The translations under genes were made by a program, and so were the position numbers. The notes beneath the pieces were generated by a model. That model was given only the letters and a program-made list of their open reading frames with translations, made no database searches and was not told the DNA's origin. A stretch of DNA of 53,722 nucleotides, counting the filler, from Sphacelaria rigidula (Eukaryota), in assembly GCA_964200075.2 (NCBI GenBank). It is 5 parts of 5 records of this genome, joined end to end, with 100 filler letters (N's around TTAATTAATTAA, not from the genome) between each part and the next. Parts side by side here need not be neighbours in the genome. Positions count along the whole stretch, not along the records: positions 21,532 to 32,195 come from CAXNAA020006117.1; positions 32,296 to 42,959 come from CAXNAA020006118.1; 3 more parts are not named here. The stretch is one strand, 5' to 3'. Shown here one piece after another: positions 24,123 to 37,290 of the stretch. Each line of letters opens with the position of its first letter. The first letter of the stretch is position 1.

Positions 24123-25412
24123 TGTAAAATAAGCAAGAAGAATTGTTGGTACCGTACTCTTCAGTATGAATTGCGAGTGTGCCTGTTTTTGTTTCTTCTT
24201 TTTTTTTGTCGTTCCTTGGCTTTGTCTGGTCCCCATCTTGTAACATGCAAATACATTTATGAGCCAAGGCGCGTGGGCTCTATTCTTTGTAGCATAAACA
24301 TCAGTAGTTACAGGGAAGCACTTTCCAAAAGCTGCACTCCTGTAACTACTGATGAGTTCGTGGAAAGGTTGTTTTTAGCGAATCCAACCTAAGTTGGATG
24401 TGGTTAAAGCCCCGCACTACCCTGGAATTCAGTGTAACTGATCCAGGGTGTCGACGCGCGATGAAGCTAATCAGCTAATCGTTCTCCAGTCTAACTGAGA
24501 TCCCGGGAAAACGACAGCAATTGCACTTGTCTGCGGTTTCTGTCGATTGGATAGGGCGCTAGATATTTTTTTCCTTTCCTAACGGATAGGGTTTCCCCCG
24601 TCTAACGGGGTTTACCTATCTACTAGATACCGAGTTTTCCCCTGCAACATTAATTGCAGGTTTTTCTCGTTTCCTTATTTCAGGTGTTGATGCACAGGCT
24701 TCGTTTCCCATATTTCTTTCGCTTAGCCTTATTAAAAGGCTGGAGGGATGTTCCGGATTTATCGGTTATGGTCCAGTTGAGTAGATTCCATGTGTCACAC
24801 TCTTGCGTTGTCTAGCCCGACAAGTCATGGGCCATTCTGAGTCTGATTGATTTCGACAGTGCCCCCTACTCGGGCACAATCTTTTGGGAGCTTATCTCAA
24901 CGCGCGAATAGCAACTACCAGCCGGTTGCCAATAATACAAGAAGCATCAACACTATCACGGACTGCTATCTCAGAGGAGTCTTTGGTCTTCACAAATGTA
25001 AGCCCGCGTTGCACGCATCATATGGGTCTTGTCTCCGGCGTGAACCTTGGGCATGCGCCTATGATCATTGGTGTGTGGGTTGACTCCCCACCTAGCAAAT
25101 CGAGCTCAATGACTTCGATACTAATGCATGTGTTTGAGCCGCTAGCCTGGTGCCCTCTGAACTGGCACCATTCCCAGCTAGAGTATCGAGCCATGACATA
25201 TGTATAGATAAATGATGAGATAAACACCAACGCTTGGAATGGTGATGGAGGCGCAAAGCGATGGGTTGTGACGAATTAGCGTTGGCGCCGGAAGACGACC
25301 TCAGCGAAATATGACCCAGGACGACGGACAAGGCGATACGGTACGTCATCTTCATTCCCACCTTAGCACTCATTCCGACCTGACATCGATTGATTATAAT
25401 CGTAATCTTACA
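24123..25412 (+). mobile_element. Putative 3' LTR (~1290 bp) of the Gypsy element
   Basis: Polypurine tract AGGGAAGGGGG (24111-24121) precedes TGTAAAAT; the inverted terminus ATCTTACA lies at 25405-25412. The 5' LTR is not in the scaffold, so the right boundary is inferred. Confidence 0.65.
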
Positions 25413-25671
25413 ACGGTACCGTCGTAGTATGTAGTTTTATTTGAATATTATAACGGCATACCGTCGTAGCATGTCTAGTATGTAGCATGTACTTCGTCAG
25501 AGTGGACGTTGTGCCGCATACTTACGTACGTATATGTCAGTAACGCCGTTACGAACTCCAATTTGGTATATTATATACATAAATATATATATATATATAT
25601 GTGTGTCAGTAACGCCGTTGGGAACGCCAATTTTACTTTCGAGACGATGGGACGCCAATATTTCGCTCAGT

Positions 25672-26324
25672 GATACCGTGACTAGTTTAGGCGCCGTGCT
25701 CGTTCTTTGAGGATTCTTTTTGTTATACGGAAATGCGGGAAAGGCACGGCACGGGTATAATTCGTGCGCAAAAGACATGGCACGGGCACGTTGCACCTCA
25801 ACTCCCACCGGCGGGGTATTTTCATCTTCTGTTTTTAGAGCTCACGTTACATTGGCTCAATTCCTTGAAAACATTAGTTCTTTCTCTCCGACCGGTGGTC
25901 ACGGGGTGCAAGGAACCTGCCACCCATGACCATAGAACCAAGAATTGACAGAGGATGCCTTTACACAAAAACGGTGCGCGAAAACAATGACCCCGCAAAA
26001 ACCGATCGAACTACAACACACTCCAAGCTAACAAATTACCGGCGTGCGATCTAGACGACCAAATTACCACTTACTGCTGAATATACGTGTAGAAACAGCA
26101 AACGCAGGAATCGACATGTCGCAGGTAGCAAGAACCATCCCGTAACAATCCTAGTAATATTGGAAAAGATCCCAGGTTCAAGGAGATGAGGGAATAGCTT
26201 CATCATCGAAGTATCAACTGACTTGGCTCAACATCAACCTCAAGTGAGTTGATCACCCTATTATTAGTTCGGTGTAACTACCCAGAGCTAATCCAAGTTC
26301 GAGAAAGTCATATCTTCCTGCCCT
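25672..26324 (+). repeat. Dispersed repeat A, copy 1 (~650 bp)
   Basis: Colinear with 28303-28958, from ACCG.GACTAGTTTAGGCGCCGTGCTCGTTCTTTGAGGATTC to GCTAATCCAAGTTCGAGA...CCTGCCCT. Confidence 0.9.
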
Positions 26325-27643
26325 AGAAGCGGAAAGTTCGTCATGTGTAGGGAATAGTTCAAAACTAAGGGCATATAAAACTTAGGACACTCCTGATCCC
26401 CCCCAATCTTGGCCCCCAAAAAGCACCGGGAAGAAGAAGTTGATTTGATCACGTTACTGTACAGAAGACGACACAACGCCGAAAGAACCGGAGCCCAATA
26501 CGAGAAGATATGATGCCGCTAAAAAGTCACAGACGCTGCCGAAAGCTGACGTGGCTGATGTCGGATGTGACGAAGTCCGTCACGTTTCAAGTGTAGGCAT
26601 CTGGTTTTGGAACGTAGCACGGTATCAAGATGGTAGACAAGGGGAAGGTAAAGGAACCAAGAGACGTGAACAAGCGTGCAGGCTGGAGATTGCACTGAGG
26701 CATGTTGAAAGCAAAAACTAAGGCCGTCACCGATGAAAGCAAGCATTGAAGGCGGGAGAGGGCACGATGAAAATGGGACTAGACGTGGTGGAGAGAGGGT
26801 TGAACGGGGGAAGGAATGTGTAGTTGTGGTACTTACCGTAAACGGTGGTTCAGTTTCCGGCTCCGCTCCTGATAGCCGTGGGTCGGGTACCCTGTCGGAT
26901 AGGAGGTTTCTTCTTTTCAGGTGGAGGGTCGGTTCTACCTGGTGGCGTCACGGGGTCGCCTCCGGGAGGGGAGGGGGGATAAGTATTGACTCGCGGTACT
27001 TTCCGAGGTGTTTTCTAGTCGTTTCTGGACGCAAACGCCTCTTTCTCCTGCAAAAAGTGCCGTTGGAAATCCGAAAGGGGCTCGGTGGTATGGAGTGCTG
27101 ACCACGATGCCCACGCCACACGCAAGTCAGAGGAAGGGGACCTGTTTCCCGGCGCCCTCCGGGACTGGCTTTGTCTCCTGGAATACAGTCGCGTGAGTAG
27201 TGCACACAGAGCACTTGTCGGTGTTGAACGAATCGGGAGAAAGACGAAGGGACGGTTGCGAAAAGTTTGGCGAGGAAAGTACGGGAGAAAACATAGCTGT
27301 ACTGTGAACGAATGTGTGACGAACGGGTGTTGAAAGCAACACTGTCAAGTAGGTGGAAAAGGAAGGACGTGGGATAACATGTTGCTTTCGGTAATCAGAT
27401 TACTCCTCGATGAACTTACAGTGGGAAAACCACCGGCTTGTTAGTAACTGTGGCATTCTATACAGGCAAGTACAGCATGTGGGGGGGTGTTGTATTGCGT
27501 CAACACAAAGAAGGTGGGGGGGGGGGGGCTTCCAGCGCTCCGTTCCCCATGTGTGTTGAATCGTGGGCTATAAATGGGTGATGTAAACTTCTGCGAGAAA
27601 GTACACCAAACACATGCATTAAATGCATGACCAGTCAATACTG

Positions 27644-28035
27644 TGTATCTTCATTGTAACTGGAGTTAAACTGGGAATGGCCACGAGAGCGCCAGTTGTC
27701 CAGTTCATTTGGAGGTTTTGTGCCGCTTGTCGTCACCAAGTATTTTTATACTAGTTTTATCATGTGGATTTTGTGACAAAGAAACACTTAATATCATTAG
27801 ACTGTACAATGGAAGTGTGCAGTCTACAGCAGCACAGGTACCACAAACTTCGTTGATACCTAGTTGTTCTGCAGTTTTCATCTATCGACGACAGCGGGTC
27901 TGTCGACGGTTGGTCAGTCGAATGAGGAAAACAAATAAATGAGGGGGTGTGACTTAGTTATGGTGGGACGCTTGATGCGGAAGTGCCGCACGCCAAATCC
28001 CAATTGCCGATTGCATGAAGAACGATCTGAACATG
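27644..28035 (+). repeat. Dispersed repeat B, copy 1 (~390 bp)
   Basis: Colinear with 29309-29705 (ACTGGAGTT.AACT.G.AATGG..ACGAGAGCGCCAGTTGTCCAGTTCAT...GGTCAGTCGAATGAG...AGTTATGGTGGGACGCTTG). Confidence 0.85.
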
Positions 28036-28302
28036 ATGTAAGACATACCCACTACACCTCGAAGTGATGTAGCAGATATACTACCACCACTACATCCGGC
28101 GGTCCGCGTTATCGTGAACGCGGCGAGCCGCCAACTCGGCATCACTGTGCATGTTATGGGGCACCGACAAACAAAGCGGTGGCATGGCAATGTATCATGT
28201 TGAGGGGCCGTGAAGAGGAAAAGATATCACGTGGATATCACGAGTACGTGCTATCTCTTCGGGTGGATGACTGAGTTGTGGAGCAGTTAAAACATTGTTG
28301 AT

Positions 28303-28958
28303 AGCACCGCGACTAGTTTAGGCGCCGTGCTCGTTCTTTGAGGATTCTTTTTTTTTACGGGGAGTCGGGAACGGCACGACACGGGTGTAATTCGTGCGCA
28401 AAAAACATGGCACGGGCACGTTTCATCTCAACTCCCACCGGCGGGGTACTGTCATCTCCGATTTTCAGAGTTCACGTCACATCAGTTCAATTCTTTCACT
28501 GCATGAGTTTTTATCTCCGACCCGTGGTCACGGGATACAAGGAACTCACCACCGATGACTATAAAACCAAGAGTCGACAGAGGATGTCTTTGCACAAAAA
28601 ACTGTACACGAAAACAATCACCCCGCCAAAACCAATCGAGCAACGAGGAACACACTGCAAGCCAGCAAATTACCGGCGTGCAATCTAGACGACCAAATTA
28701 CCACCCCCTGCTGCATGTACATGTAGGAACAGCAAACGCAGGAATCGACATGTCGCAGGCAGCGAGAACCACCCCGAAAAAGACTTGATAATATTGAAAA
28801 ATATCCCAGGTTCAAGGAAATTAGGTGATGGCTTCATCAACGAAACATCAACTGACTTGACTCGGCATCAACATCAAGTGATTTGATCACCCTAATATTA
28901 GTTCCGTGTAATTACCCACAGCTAATCCAAGTTCGAGAACCTCAAATCTACCTGCCCT
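28303..28958 (+). repeat. Dispersed repeat A, copy 2
   Basis: Matches copy 1 at 25672-26324 with many substitutions. Confidence 0.9.
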
Positions 28959-28964
28959 TTTGCT

Positions 28965-29225
28965 TTCCCCCTCACACTTTCAACCCCCCCCCCTTCCTCG
29001 GAATGTGGTCTCGAGGGATCAACTCACCTCTCCCCCGGTACGCGCCTTTCGTTTCGCTCTTGCGGATTGGGTCAGCACTTCCGCACCCCGTCAACCCACG
29101 TCACACAAACCCAGTCGACTAATACTATGTACCCACGTTTTCACGTTTTCCACGGTGGAAATCATACATAACGAAGAAAAAACCCAACCAATCGGGAATC
29201 GAACCCCCGTTCTCTCCGCCCCAAT
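28965..29225 (-). mobile_element. Degenerate tRNA-derived SINE-like element
   Basis: Minus-strand B-box GGTTCGATTCCC at ~29194-29205. The tail CCCTTCCTCGG.ATG...GTCTCGAGG.ATC...CTCTCCCCC resembles 19280-19335. Confidence 0.4.
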
Positions 29226-29308
29226 GGCAACAGTCGGCGCCGACTCCGGTGGGAAAGTACACCGAAAGCATCGAAGAAATGGGCTAGGGAGTGAGCCAGT
29301 TAAAATTC

Positions 29309-29705
29309 TATATCTTCATTGCTATTACTGGAGTTCAACTAGAAATGGGTACGAGAGCGCCAGTTGTCCAGTTCATGTGGAGGTGTTGCGCCACTTGTCT
29401 ATACCGAGTAATTTGTATAGTAGTTCAATGATGGGGAGTTTATAAGGAAGAAACACTGTGTACGATTAGACTGTAAGGTTGAAGTCAGCAGTCTACCGCA
29501 GTTCAGGTCCCACAAACGTCGGTGGTACCCGGTTGTTCTGCAGTTTTTTTTATCGCCGACATGGGGTCAGTCGAAGGCTGGTCAGTCGAATGAGATAAAC
29601 GAAGAAATGAAGAGGTGTGTCTCAGTTATGGTGGGACGCTTGGTGCTCAAGTGCCGAACTCCATGCCCTAATTTACAATTGCATGAAGATCGATGTCAAC
29701 ATGAA
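29309..29705 (+). repeat. Dispersed repeat B, copy 2
   Basis: Matches copy 1 at 27644-28035. Confidence 0.85.
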
Positions 29706-30003
29706 GCAGGAGATACTCACAATACGTCGAAGTACTGTAGCAGGTATGTACCTCATCCGAAGAAAAAAAATCCGGTCACGGGCTATCACAAAACACAGAA
29801 GCGCTCTATCGAATAAGCTGTGGTGAGAACCTGTTTACTTTAATTGCCCAAGGTACTGCCAGGGTGTGGCATGTCTGCTCCGATCCCCAGGTCCCCAAGA
29901 AGAGGGTCTGCTGCTGGATGGTGTAGAGAAATGATGTTCGAATCGCTACTACATACCGAAGACATGTTAGAGCAGTACGAGGCTCGTATCAGCTCGCAGT
30001 GAG

Positions 30004-31250
30004 TGGTTACATTATTCATAACCAATTACGGTTACCGCAGGAAAAAAAGGTCAAACACTGGAAAAATATCCGACTTGGGCAACGCTCCTGAGCGGGACCC
30101 CCTACCAGCCGGGAGGGGCGATTAGATGGGAAAAGTGGATGGAGTGGCAACTGGTGCGGCAAGTCTAGACGGAACTGAACAGAGCTGATTGTTCACAGGC
30201 CCGAGAATAAATTTGAGTTTTTGTAGCGTTAAGGTGCATTGGGCAGGGTACGAGAGTTTTCGTGGATCATACAGAAGTAGGGAGTACCGATAAAGAATCG
30301 CTCGGAGGCCACGGAACTTGTCGGGTAGGGATGGGAGGCTTACAGAGAATCCACTGGTGGTCTTTTGATGAAAAAGGGTTGCATAGAAAATAGAACACGC
30401 ACCCGGATATTTGTACAAGGGTGTAGGGTTAAACCGTGTGTACAGAAAGAACAGAACTATCTTGGGAGGGTATGGTGGATCACAACAGTCACGCAACTGT
30501 CGTTGATCGGTAGGACAGTCTTCGACAAGTCACAGAACTGCCGAGGGATTGGGAAGGCGTTACTGAAGTGAAAGATTTGTCGAGTAGGGGTGTGCAAGTG
30601 ACACTGAAGTCATAGAGCTATCAAGTTGGGCAACGAAAGCCTTACAGATTTCACTAGGAAAATCGGGTAGGCCAACCACAGTCCAAGAGAAGCTACAGAA
30701 CTATCGGTTACGGGGATGAAAGTTTTCCAGAAGTCACCGTACTGTCGTATAGGGATAATATTTGTAAAGATACCCCGTGTGTGCAACAAACCGGCCCCCA
30801 TACGAGATAGGGTTGGACACCAGAGACCGATGCCCTGCAAATTGATACCGATGGCGGCGAAGATGAAGGCCCCCCAGTCGGTCCGATACCTGTTGATTAT
30901 CATGTTTCGCTTTCCCTTTCAACTCGTACCCTGTAGCCCGTCTGTTCCCCGAACAGGAACAAATATCTTGAAGGGTGTACGGAGTTGAATACCAAGGGGT
31001 GTTAGATGGATGGAGGTTGGGGAACAAGTGCGAGTTTTCAGAACAAAGGTAGGGATTGAGTTTTAATCTTCACCCCTCCCGGGTAATACCCGCACTTTGC
31101 CTGCATCGCATATACGGACAAGAGTATATATGTTGAATCCGGGCCGGGATTACGGGAGGCTTATAGACCTTGCGGAGTCGTCGACCAGGGGTATGAGGCA
31201 GTTTCAGATAATAACAAACTCGCGAGTAAAGTTAAGAAAGGTCTCACACA
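30004..31250 (-). mobile_element. Possible solo LTR or non-coding LTR-like insertion (~1.25 kb)
   Basis: Strand-skewed non-coding block with TG...CA ends on the minus strand (TGTGAGACC...AATGTAACCA). No clean target-site duplication and no second copy in the window. Confidence 0.3.
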
Positions 31251-31805
31251 GCCTCTGCGTAGCGCTTTGATAGTTCTACACGGTTGAAAGGACTGGGAAA
31301 AAGACAGCAGGAGCCAATCGCCCCGGCGAAGACGCGATTTTCTTGTTTTGCCATATCATGCCGACAAGGTGTAGGTTCGTTTGAACCATACGTCGGACGA
31401 CAAAACACACAGCTTGTTGGCAGCACTGATGGCAGCACGCCGGAGTTTGTGTTTCAGTGCGGAGCGATGGCACGATAAGCTGCGTCTTGCCGTTGATCCC
31501 AGTATAGGAAAACAGCGCACATACATACCGGCTCTGCACGCAATTGGCTGCAGGGTCAAACTCAGTTACCGGTTCCCCAGGATAATTCCCATACATATGG
31601 CAAATATTGACGTTCATGAAAAGTATCTTGCGTAGCGAGAGAAGAGCAGTTCTAAATCTCAAATGTTGCGTCGTCGAACTTGATCCACCCACGGGGGTGT
31701 CGTTGTCGACCAGGGGTGTGATGGACTTACAGAACATACAAAACTGTCGGGTGCCGGTATAAAAGTTTCACAGGGGTAACAGAATTGAGGAACACACAGC
31801 AGTAG

Positions 31806-32060
31806 CCGGTCGCCCCGATGGCTCAGATGGTAACGGTAACCTCGAAACCTTCTGACGCTTGGGACGTGGGTTCAAATCTTGGAAAGACCTGGGATTTTCT
31901 CCCACACCATGCCCAACAGTGGAGAGCGACTATGTCGTGAGTACACACAGTTCGACTTCACGGTCAACGAGGGAAGGGACCGCTGGACCTTTCTCTCGGT
32001 AAAAAAAAAGGCAAGCACCGCAGAAGGAAGGTGGGGTGCACAAAAACAATTGAAAAGAGA
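31806..32060 (+). mobile_element. tRNA-derived SINE
   Basis: A-box TGGCTCAGATGG (~31819) and B-box GGTTCAAATC (~31869). The head CCGGTCGCCCCG...CTCGAAAC.TT.TG.CG.TTGGGACGTGGGTTCAA...CACACCATGC is shared with the inverted copy at 50880-50990. Confidence 0.7.
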
Positions 32061-32195
32061 AAACTCCTGTGTTAAGCCGTTTTTTCCGGTTGGTTATTTC
32101 TCCTCGTTATTTGCAACTAACGAGGGAAAATAACAAGATGGCTACTTACGGTTGGTTATTTCACAAGATTCTCGGGAAAAAAATACGAGACGGGG

Positions 32196-32295
32196 NNNNN
32201 NNNNNNNNNNNNNNNNNNNNNNNNNNNNNNNNNNNNNNNTTAATTAATTAANNNNNNNNNNNNNNNNNNNNNNNNNNNNNNNNNNNNNNNNNNNN
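32196..32295. other. Artificial 100-nt scaffold linker
   Basis: N44-TTAATTAATTAA-N44. Confidence 0.95.
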
Positions 32296-33373
32296 CTACA
32301 ATGTCCCCTAGCTCGACTCTGTACACGAGTCACCCTACCCATCCGGGCGTCGGTCCTCAGGGTATGCATATATACATATGCCAAGGTTTGTCGTTTCAAT
32401 ACACGGTAACCCGCGACCACAAAATACAGAAAACTCGTACACCATGCTATTCATCCCCACGCGTATTTGTTGACCCGGACGTAATGAGTTTGCGCTCTTA
32501 CTCCCACGTGCTGCCAGCCTTGACTTCCCGTTCCCATCCTCCGCTCCTCACGGAGAGTCTCTGCTGCTGCAAGCTACACATGAATGATTTTCGCATCGCT
32601 CAACGCTTTGGATGAGGTTCTAATATGATGAAAGTCTCTCAGCTCCTCAATATGAGGAGTCATATTTTTTACAACATCCAATTTTTCGAGAGAAAACAAG
32701 CTAAATACCGCAGTTTTTTTGCCTCCGGCGGCGCTCCCGCGAGGCCCCCTCAACAGCCGGGGAGGGCCGTTGGGGCTGCGACTTCGCCGCTCGCCGTCGA
32801 TGTTCTCCCAGTTGATCGGCGAACCCGATTAACTGGGAAAACTTCGATGTACTGGTCGTTGGCGCGGCCAGTTTAAACTTAATTGGCCAGAGCTGCTAGT
32901 TCACAGCCCTACATTTTCATGTTCAACCCCTTTTCTCAGGATCTTCTGTTCGAAGGAAACCGACGAAAGGTCCTCCTCTCACCTAGTGAGGGCTGTTTCG
33001 AATGTACGAAAGGAGATACATCTGGCTTCAGAGACGCAAGCTAGGGGAGCTTTCATCAGAGAACAAAAATCCAAAGTTCCTCACTTTGATGAACTTTGGG
33101 GGCGAGAACGTGGAATTTCGTAAGGAGGTTTGGGCCCCATTTCAGTGTTCAAACCCATTTTAGAGGATAGTTTGTTATGCAGTCCATCTGTAGTCCATCT
33201 GAAAGGGAACAAAATGATCATTTCGATAGCCGTGATTGGTCAGAATGGTTACTCCGTTCCTCTCGGAAACTGTTCCTGCCTTGGAACTTTCCGCGGGGAA
33301 GCTTCCAAACACACATGGTTGACTTCGTGACCTTCTCGACTGCTCTGCGAACAGCCTCCCTCCCCCCTCGAAA

Positions 33374-33463
33374 ACCCCCCCCCCCCCCCCCCCCCCCCGG
33401 ATGTCTCTGGACTGTCAGGACGGTGAAACTGTTCCGAGGTGAAGCTCGCTTCCAGAGGGTTAA
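33374..33463 (+). mobile_element. Right end of a poly-C-containing piggyBac-like element (second copy at ~6647-6745)
   Basis: Poly-C, then CGGATGTC..TG.AC.GTCAG....GTGAAA.TGTT...AGG.GA.GCTCGCT..C..AGGG-TTAA at both sites. Confidence 0.55.
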
Positions 33464-33817
33464 AACAATCCACCTTCATCTTTTTGGGACAAACTGCAAA
33501 TATGCCGTATTTTGTCTAGACACAAAAAAGACGGGGTTGTTGTTGCTGCACCGTCATCTCGTCAACACAATCATTTGAGTAGCTAAGTGGTATAAAGTGG
33601 GCACTTCTTACAGTAACGAGCAGAAAAAGTAATTGTGAGCTCGAATGCTCCCGAGTCGCGACGCCCGCTTGCGACTCCGAGACCTCCAAAGTTGTAGCCT
33701 CTTACCAGCACCCGTACTATGGTATCAATGATGACATAGGACTGGCTGAACCAACTTGCTCACTTCTTTTACTTCTCTCGAAAATCGCTCGGGCGAGATG
33801 AAGGGCAACATTCAACA

Positions 33818-34428
33818 CTACAAGCAGCGGGAAACGAACTCCGTGTTCTGCACAATCTTCTCCGGGGGACGTCGGGGATCAAGCTTCGCTCTTTGAATGT
33901 GTGCTATGTACCCCCAGTAGTCTACGGTATGGTGCTCAGCAAAGATCATGAGGTTCGCGCAACTGGCGTGAACAAAGTTTCTTACATACTGTACGCGCTG
34001 ATCTGAATCTTCTCTCTCCCACAAAGCCTAAATTATCGTACTGTATGATATTTTGAATCGACCCTGTGACAGCGGGAAAAACGTGTACGCATCGTTCGTT
34101 GCCAATACAGCAGCAGCACGCATGACTCACCTATGGTGGCGGCATTTTTTTAAACGCTAGTCAGGGGATACCCCGAGGATGCGCCCGCTTAATCGATCAA
34201 TAACCGCGAAGCTTGTCGACGAGCTTTGACAACGAATGGCAGAACCCTTGTTTTCTTACTCCGACTTGCCTACATGTTATCTCTCTTTTTCTGCACCTGC
34301 CGCGTAAGAATGATGTTGAACTCATTCGCGAGCTCCTTTTGCTGCGACAACTTCCGTAGCTTGAGCACCGTCAGCTCATCCTCGCGTCGTGTCGGCTTGC
34401 TGCGCTCACCTGTGCTTCCATCTGCCAT
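33818..34428 (-). CDS. Hypothetical ~113-aa protein, two exons
   Basis: Exon 34428-34297 (MADGSTGERSKPTRREDELTVLKLRKLSQQKELANEFNIILTRQ, then gtgcag) joins in phase 0 to exon 34027-33818 (ttag, ALWEREDSDQRVQYVRNF...FVSRCL*). An acceptor-like tttaacag lies just upstream of the ATG. No family recognised. Confidence 0.4.
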
Positions 34429-35090
34429 GATTTCCTGTTAAAACAGAAGCAGCAGCAGCAGCAATAATATCCAGAGTACTCAACACACAATCCGGTGTCG
34501 AGCATGATGTACTTGGTCAGGTGCAACAACCGGGAGGTCTCCGGCGGCAGGGGAATATCTGTTTTTTTCCTGCCCTTCTGATCGATGCATCTGTCCACAG
34601 TATTACGATCGTAGACAACAACACCAACAACAACAGCAAGCGAGCGGCAGCACCTTTTCGCTCTCTCTGGCATGTTTTCGTGTACATGCGGGCGCTGCTA
34701 CTTTTGAGTATCAAGAAACGGCGTCAAACGAAGTTGGCACAAGCGTGTTCCACCCGCTCAGAGTACAACATGAGTTTACCGCAGAGTCCAGCACAGATGT
34801 ACACATACCTCAAGGGCGTCGAAAAAGCGGCGTAAATGGCGTCCGTCCGTTTGGTCGTCTGTCGTGTATACAACAAAAGTTTTCTGATGATGATGTGCGT
34901 GAGGGGACATCAAACCAATGAAAGAATGACCACGGTATACAAAATGAGTAGACGAGGACAGCAACGGCGTGGGAAACGTAACAGCTCGACGACGGTTTCA
35001 ACCAGTGCTCGAGCGCTTACTGGTTCAAAGGTCAAATGTCCGCTTCTTGAACAGGTTGTACGCGTAAGCTACTTAATATAATACGCTTAA

Positions 35091-35188
35091 CACTTAGACA
35101 GCGAGAGTAGGTCATCTGTTGAATCGGCATCAATTTCACTTGAAAAAAGGATGCATGGTCCAGAAAGACTACCCTGGCGGTCTGAGGG
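35091..35188. mobile_element. Full-length family-1 piggyBac-type MITE
   Basis: 98 bp between TTAA (35087-35090) and TTAA (35189-35192), with the same core as the 241-1251 copies. Confidence 0.8.
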
Positions 35189-36405
35189 TTAAGCTACTTA
35201 ATATAGTACGCGTAATTCTTCGAACTGATCAAGACGTCGGCACATTCTTCGTGCAGGCAGAGGAAGTCGTATGCCGCATTGACGTGGATCCTTGGTAGAG
35301 ATGCAGTAGAGCCAGGTGATGGCCCGAGTACGAACCCAGCAGGTACAAGCGAACCAGACATTCATGATGCCTTGCATTTATACAGTTCGTGCTATAATAG
35401 CCGAAATATGTTCGCGCAGAAAGATCTACGTTGTCGTAGTGATACGCTGCGTACACGTGTATGATGGACGTGTTTCAGAAGAGATGTAGCCATGATGAAG
35501 AACACAAACGACTTATGCCAGATCTACACGCCATTCCTGACCCGCATAGACGACTTACTTTATCACTCATCATCGCACGGTTCGAGAGTCGAGAGTGGAT
35601 ACAACTGCCGAAATCAAACGCTCACCCTACGACACTACTGACTCGCCCTTTCTGCAGGTGAGTGTACACCTTGCTCTACAACAACAGCGATGTCGTAGCT
35701 GTACTACAGTACAAGAGAGATATCCGATCTCTACCATGCGCGGCAAATAACTGCGGTTCCACTGGCCAAGAATTAAGCGGCTCAGACTTTTATGGAAATA
35801 TCCACCCATCTTCTTTACGATTGTAGTCGATGTTCAGTGGTGGCACTGTCTGTTCCATGTGGCAGATTCAGTAGAATACCGTATGCATCATCGGTATGAT
35901 GTTTGTCGGTTCGCTTGTAACGTGTGCGGACGAATCACAGTACTCGTGTAACGTATGCGGCGGAAATACTGTGTAATCATCTCGACGTCCGATCCTCGAC
36001 GGCACTCTTCGCTATCTCTCTAGACCATCTAGGTGGTACATCAGCTATCCTTGCTATCTCTTGGAAATGACGATCGCCCTGCCTAGATGACCAGCATTAT
36101 GGTTGTTTCATACGACTGTGGGCCACAAGCGCCATTTTTATAACAGGTACTTCATCGTCATCTTGACTGCCTTACTCCTGCTGCTACGAAATCTCCTAGC
36201 CAATACCTTTGAATACTCGTGATGTCGGTAGTCGTCAGCCTCTGTTACCACTGCGTAGGTACTTATCAGAACAATATCCATAACATGAACCACCAAACCG
36301 CAGTTTTCGCGACGATTTGGCAGCTTTGGAGCAGAATAATACCACAACTGTCGATGGGTCGATACTCTTGCACTCTAGCATACATTAAACAGCGCATACA
36401 GCTAC

Positions 36406-37231
36406 AAACAGCCGATCCTCAATAATGGGATCCAGCACTAAAATGATGTTCAACTCGCCTTCAAAAAGTCGGGAATTTATGCCAAACAGCATCACCACGG
36501 GAAGACATTTCGCAACCAGAGCTTCTGTTGCAGTTACGCCGGTGTGGTGAGGCGCACCAAATGGATGTGGTGCACACGCGTCGATGACGATATCACCCGA
36601 GGAGCAACGGCGGAGAGGAATCTCCTCGCCGGTGTCTCTTTTGTGTCCTTGTTCTTACCCTCCCTGAAGATATCAAAGAAACGAGCTAAAGTTTTTGCAA
36701 GCTCTAAGAAAAAATTCCGGGACCCGAGATTTATCCTCGAAGGAAATCCCTTTCCCAAATGCAAAGCGTTTTCTAGGAGAAAAACTCAATTTCGAGCGTG
36801 GACGGGTCCACTTCAGTCCGGCTCTATACTGATCGCTCGATGCAGATTTTAGAAAAGCTTTGTGAAACTTTTGAAATGTATCCTCGAACGTCTGGCCGAA
36901 TCGAAATCTTTCCCCCAGCTTGCGAGCGCGTTTTTGATATTATGGAATAAGATTCAGATAGGATTACCCTTCGCCCTTACAAGGCTTGTACAATCGAATT
37001 GCCACAGGCAGTCAGTACATGCAGCAACGAAATTGCGGTAATATCCTGAACCGAACCGACTGCCTACTACTATTGTTGCTCGAAAGCTGTTCTCAGACAA
37101 GACATCCCTGGTCAGCGCTTAACGGCGCGGGTCACAAATGCAATGGCAGGTGATTAATCATAGGACACCCATTTTCCTAACCTTGTCTCACCTCAGCTTA
37201 GGATGGTTCTCCTCACATAACAATTATTTGC

Positions 37232-37290
<59 letters not shown>

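Noticed and set aside
26330..27350. Possible retroelement coding relic on the minus strand
   Set aside because: Composition is suggestive but I could not recover any diagnostic motif.
31806..31890. Functional tRNA gene
   Set aside because: A and B boxes are present but no convincing cloverleaf or acceptor stem; a diverged copy with shared downstream sequence indicates a SINE.
35065..35215. Unusually long (~26-bp) target-site duplication around a MITE
   Set aside because: Better explained as a pre-existing 23-bp tandem repeat (GCTACTTAATATA.TACGC.TAA) into whose TTAA variant the MITE inserted.
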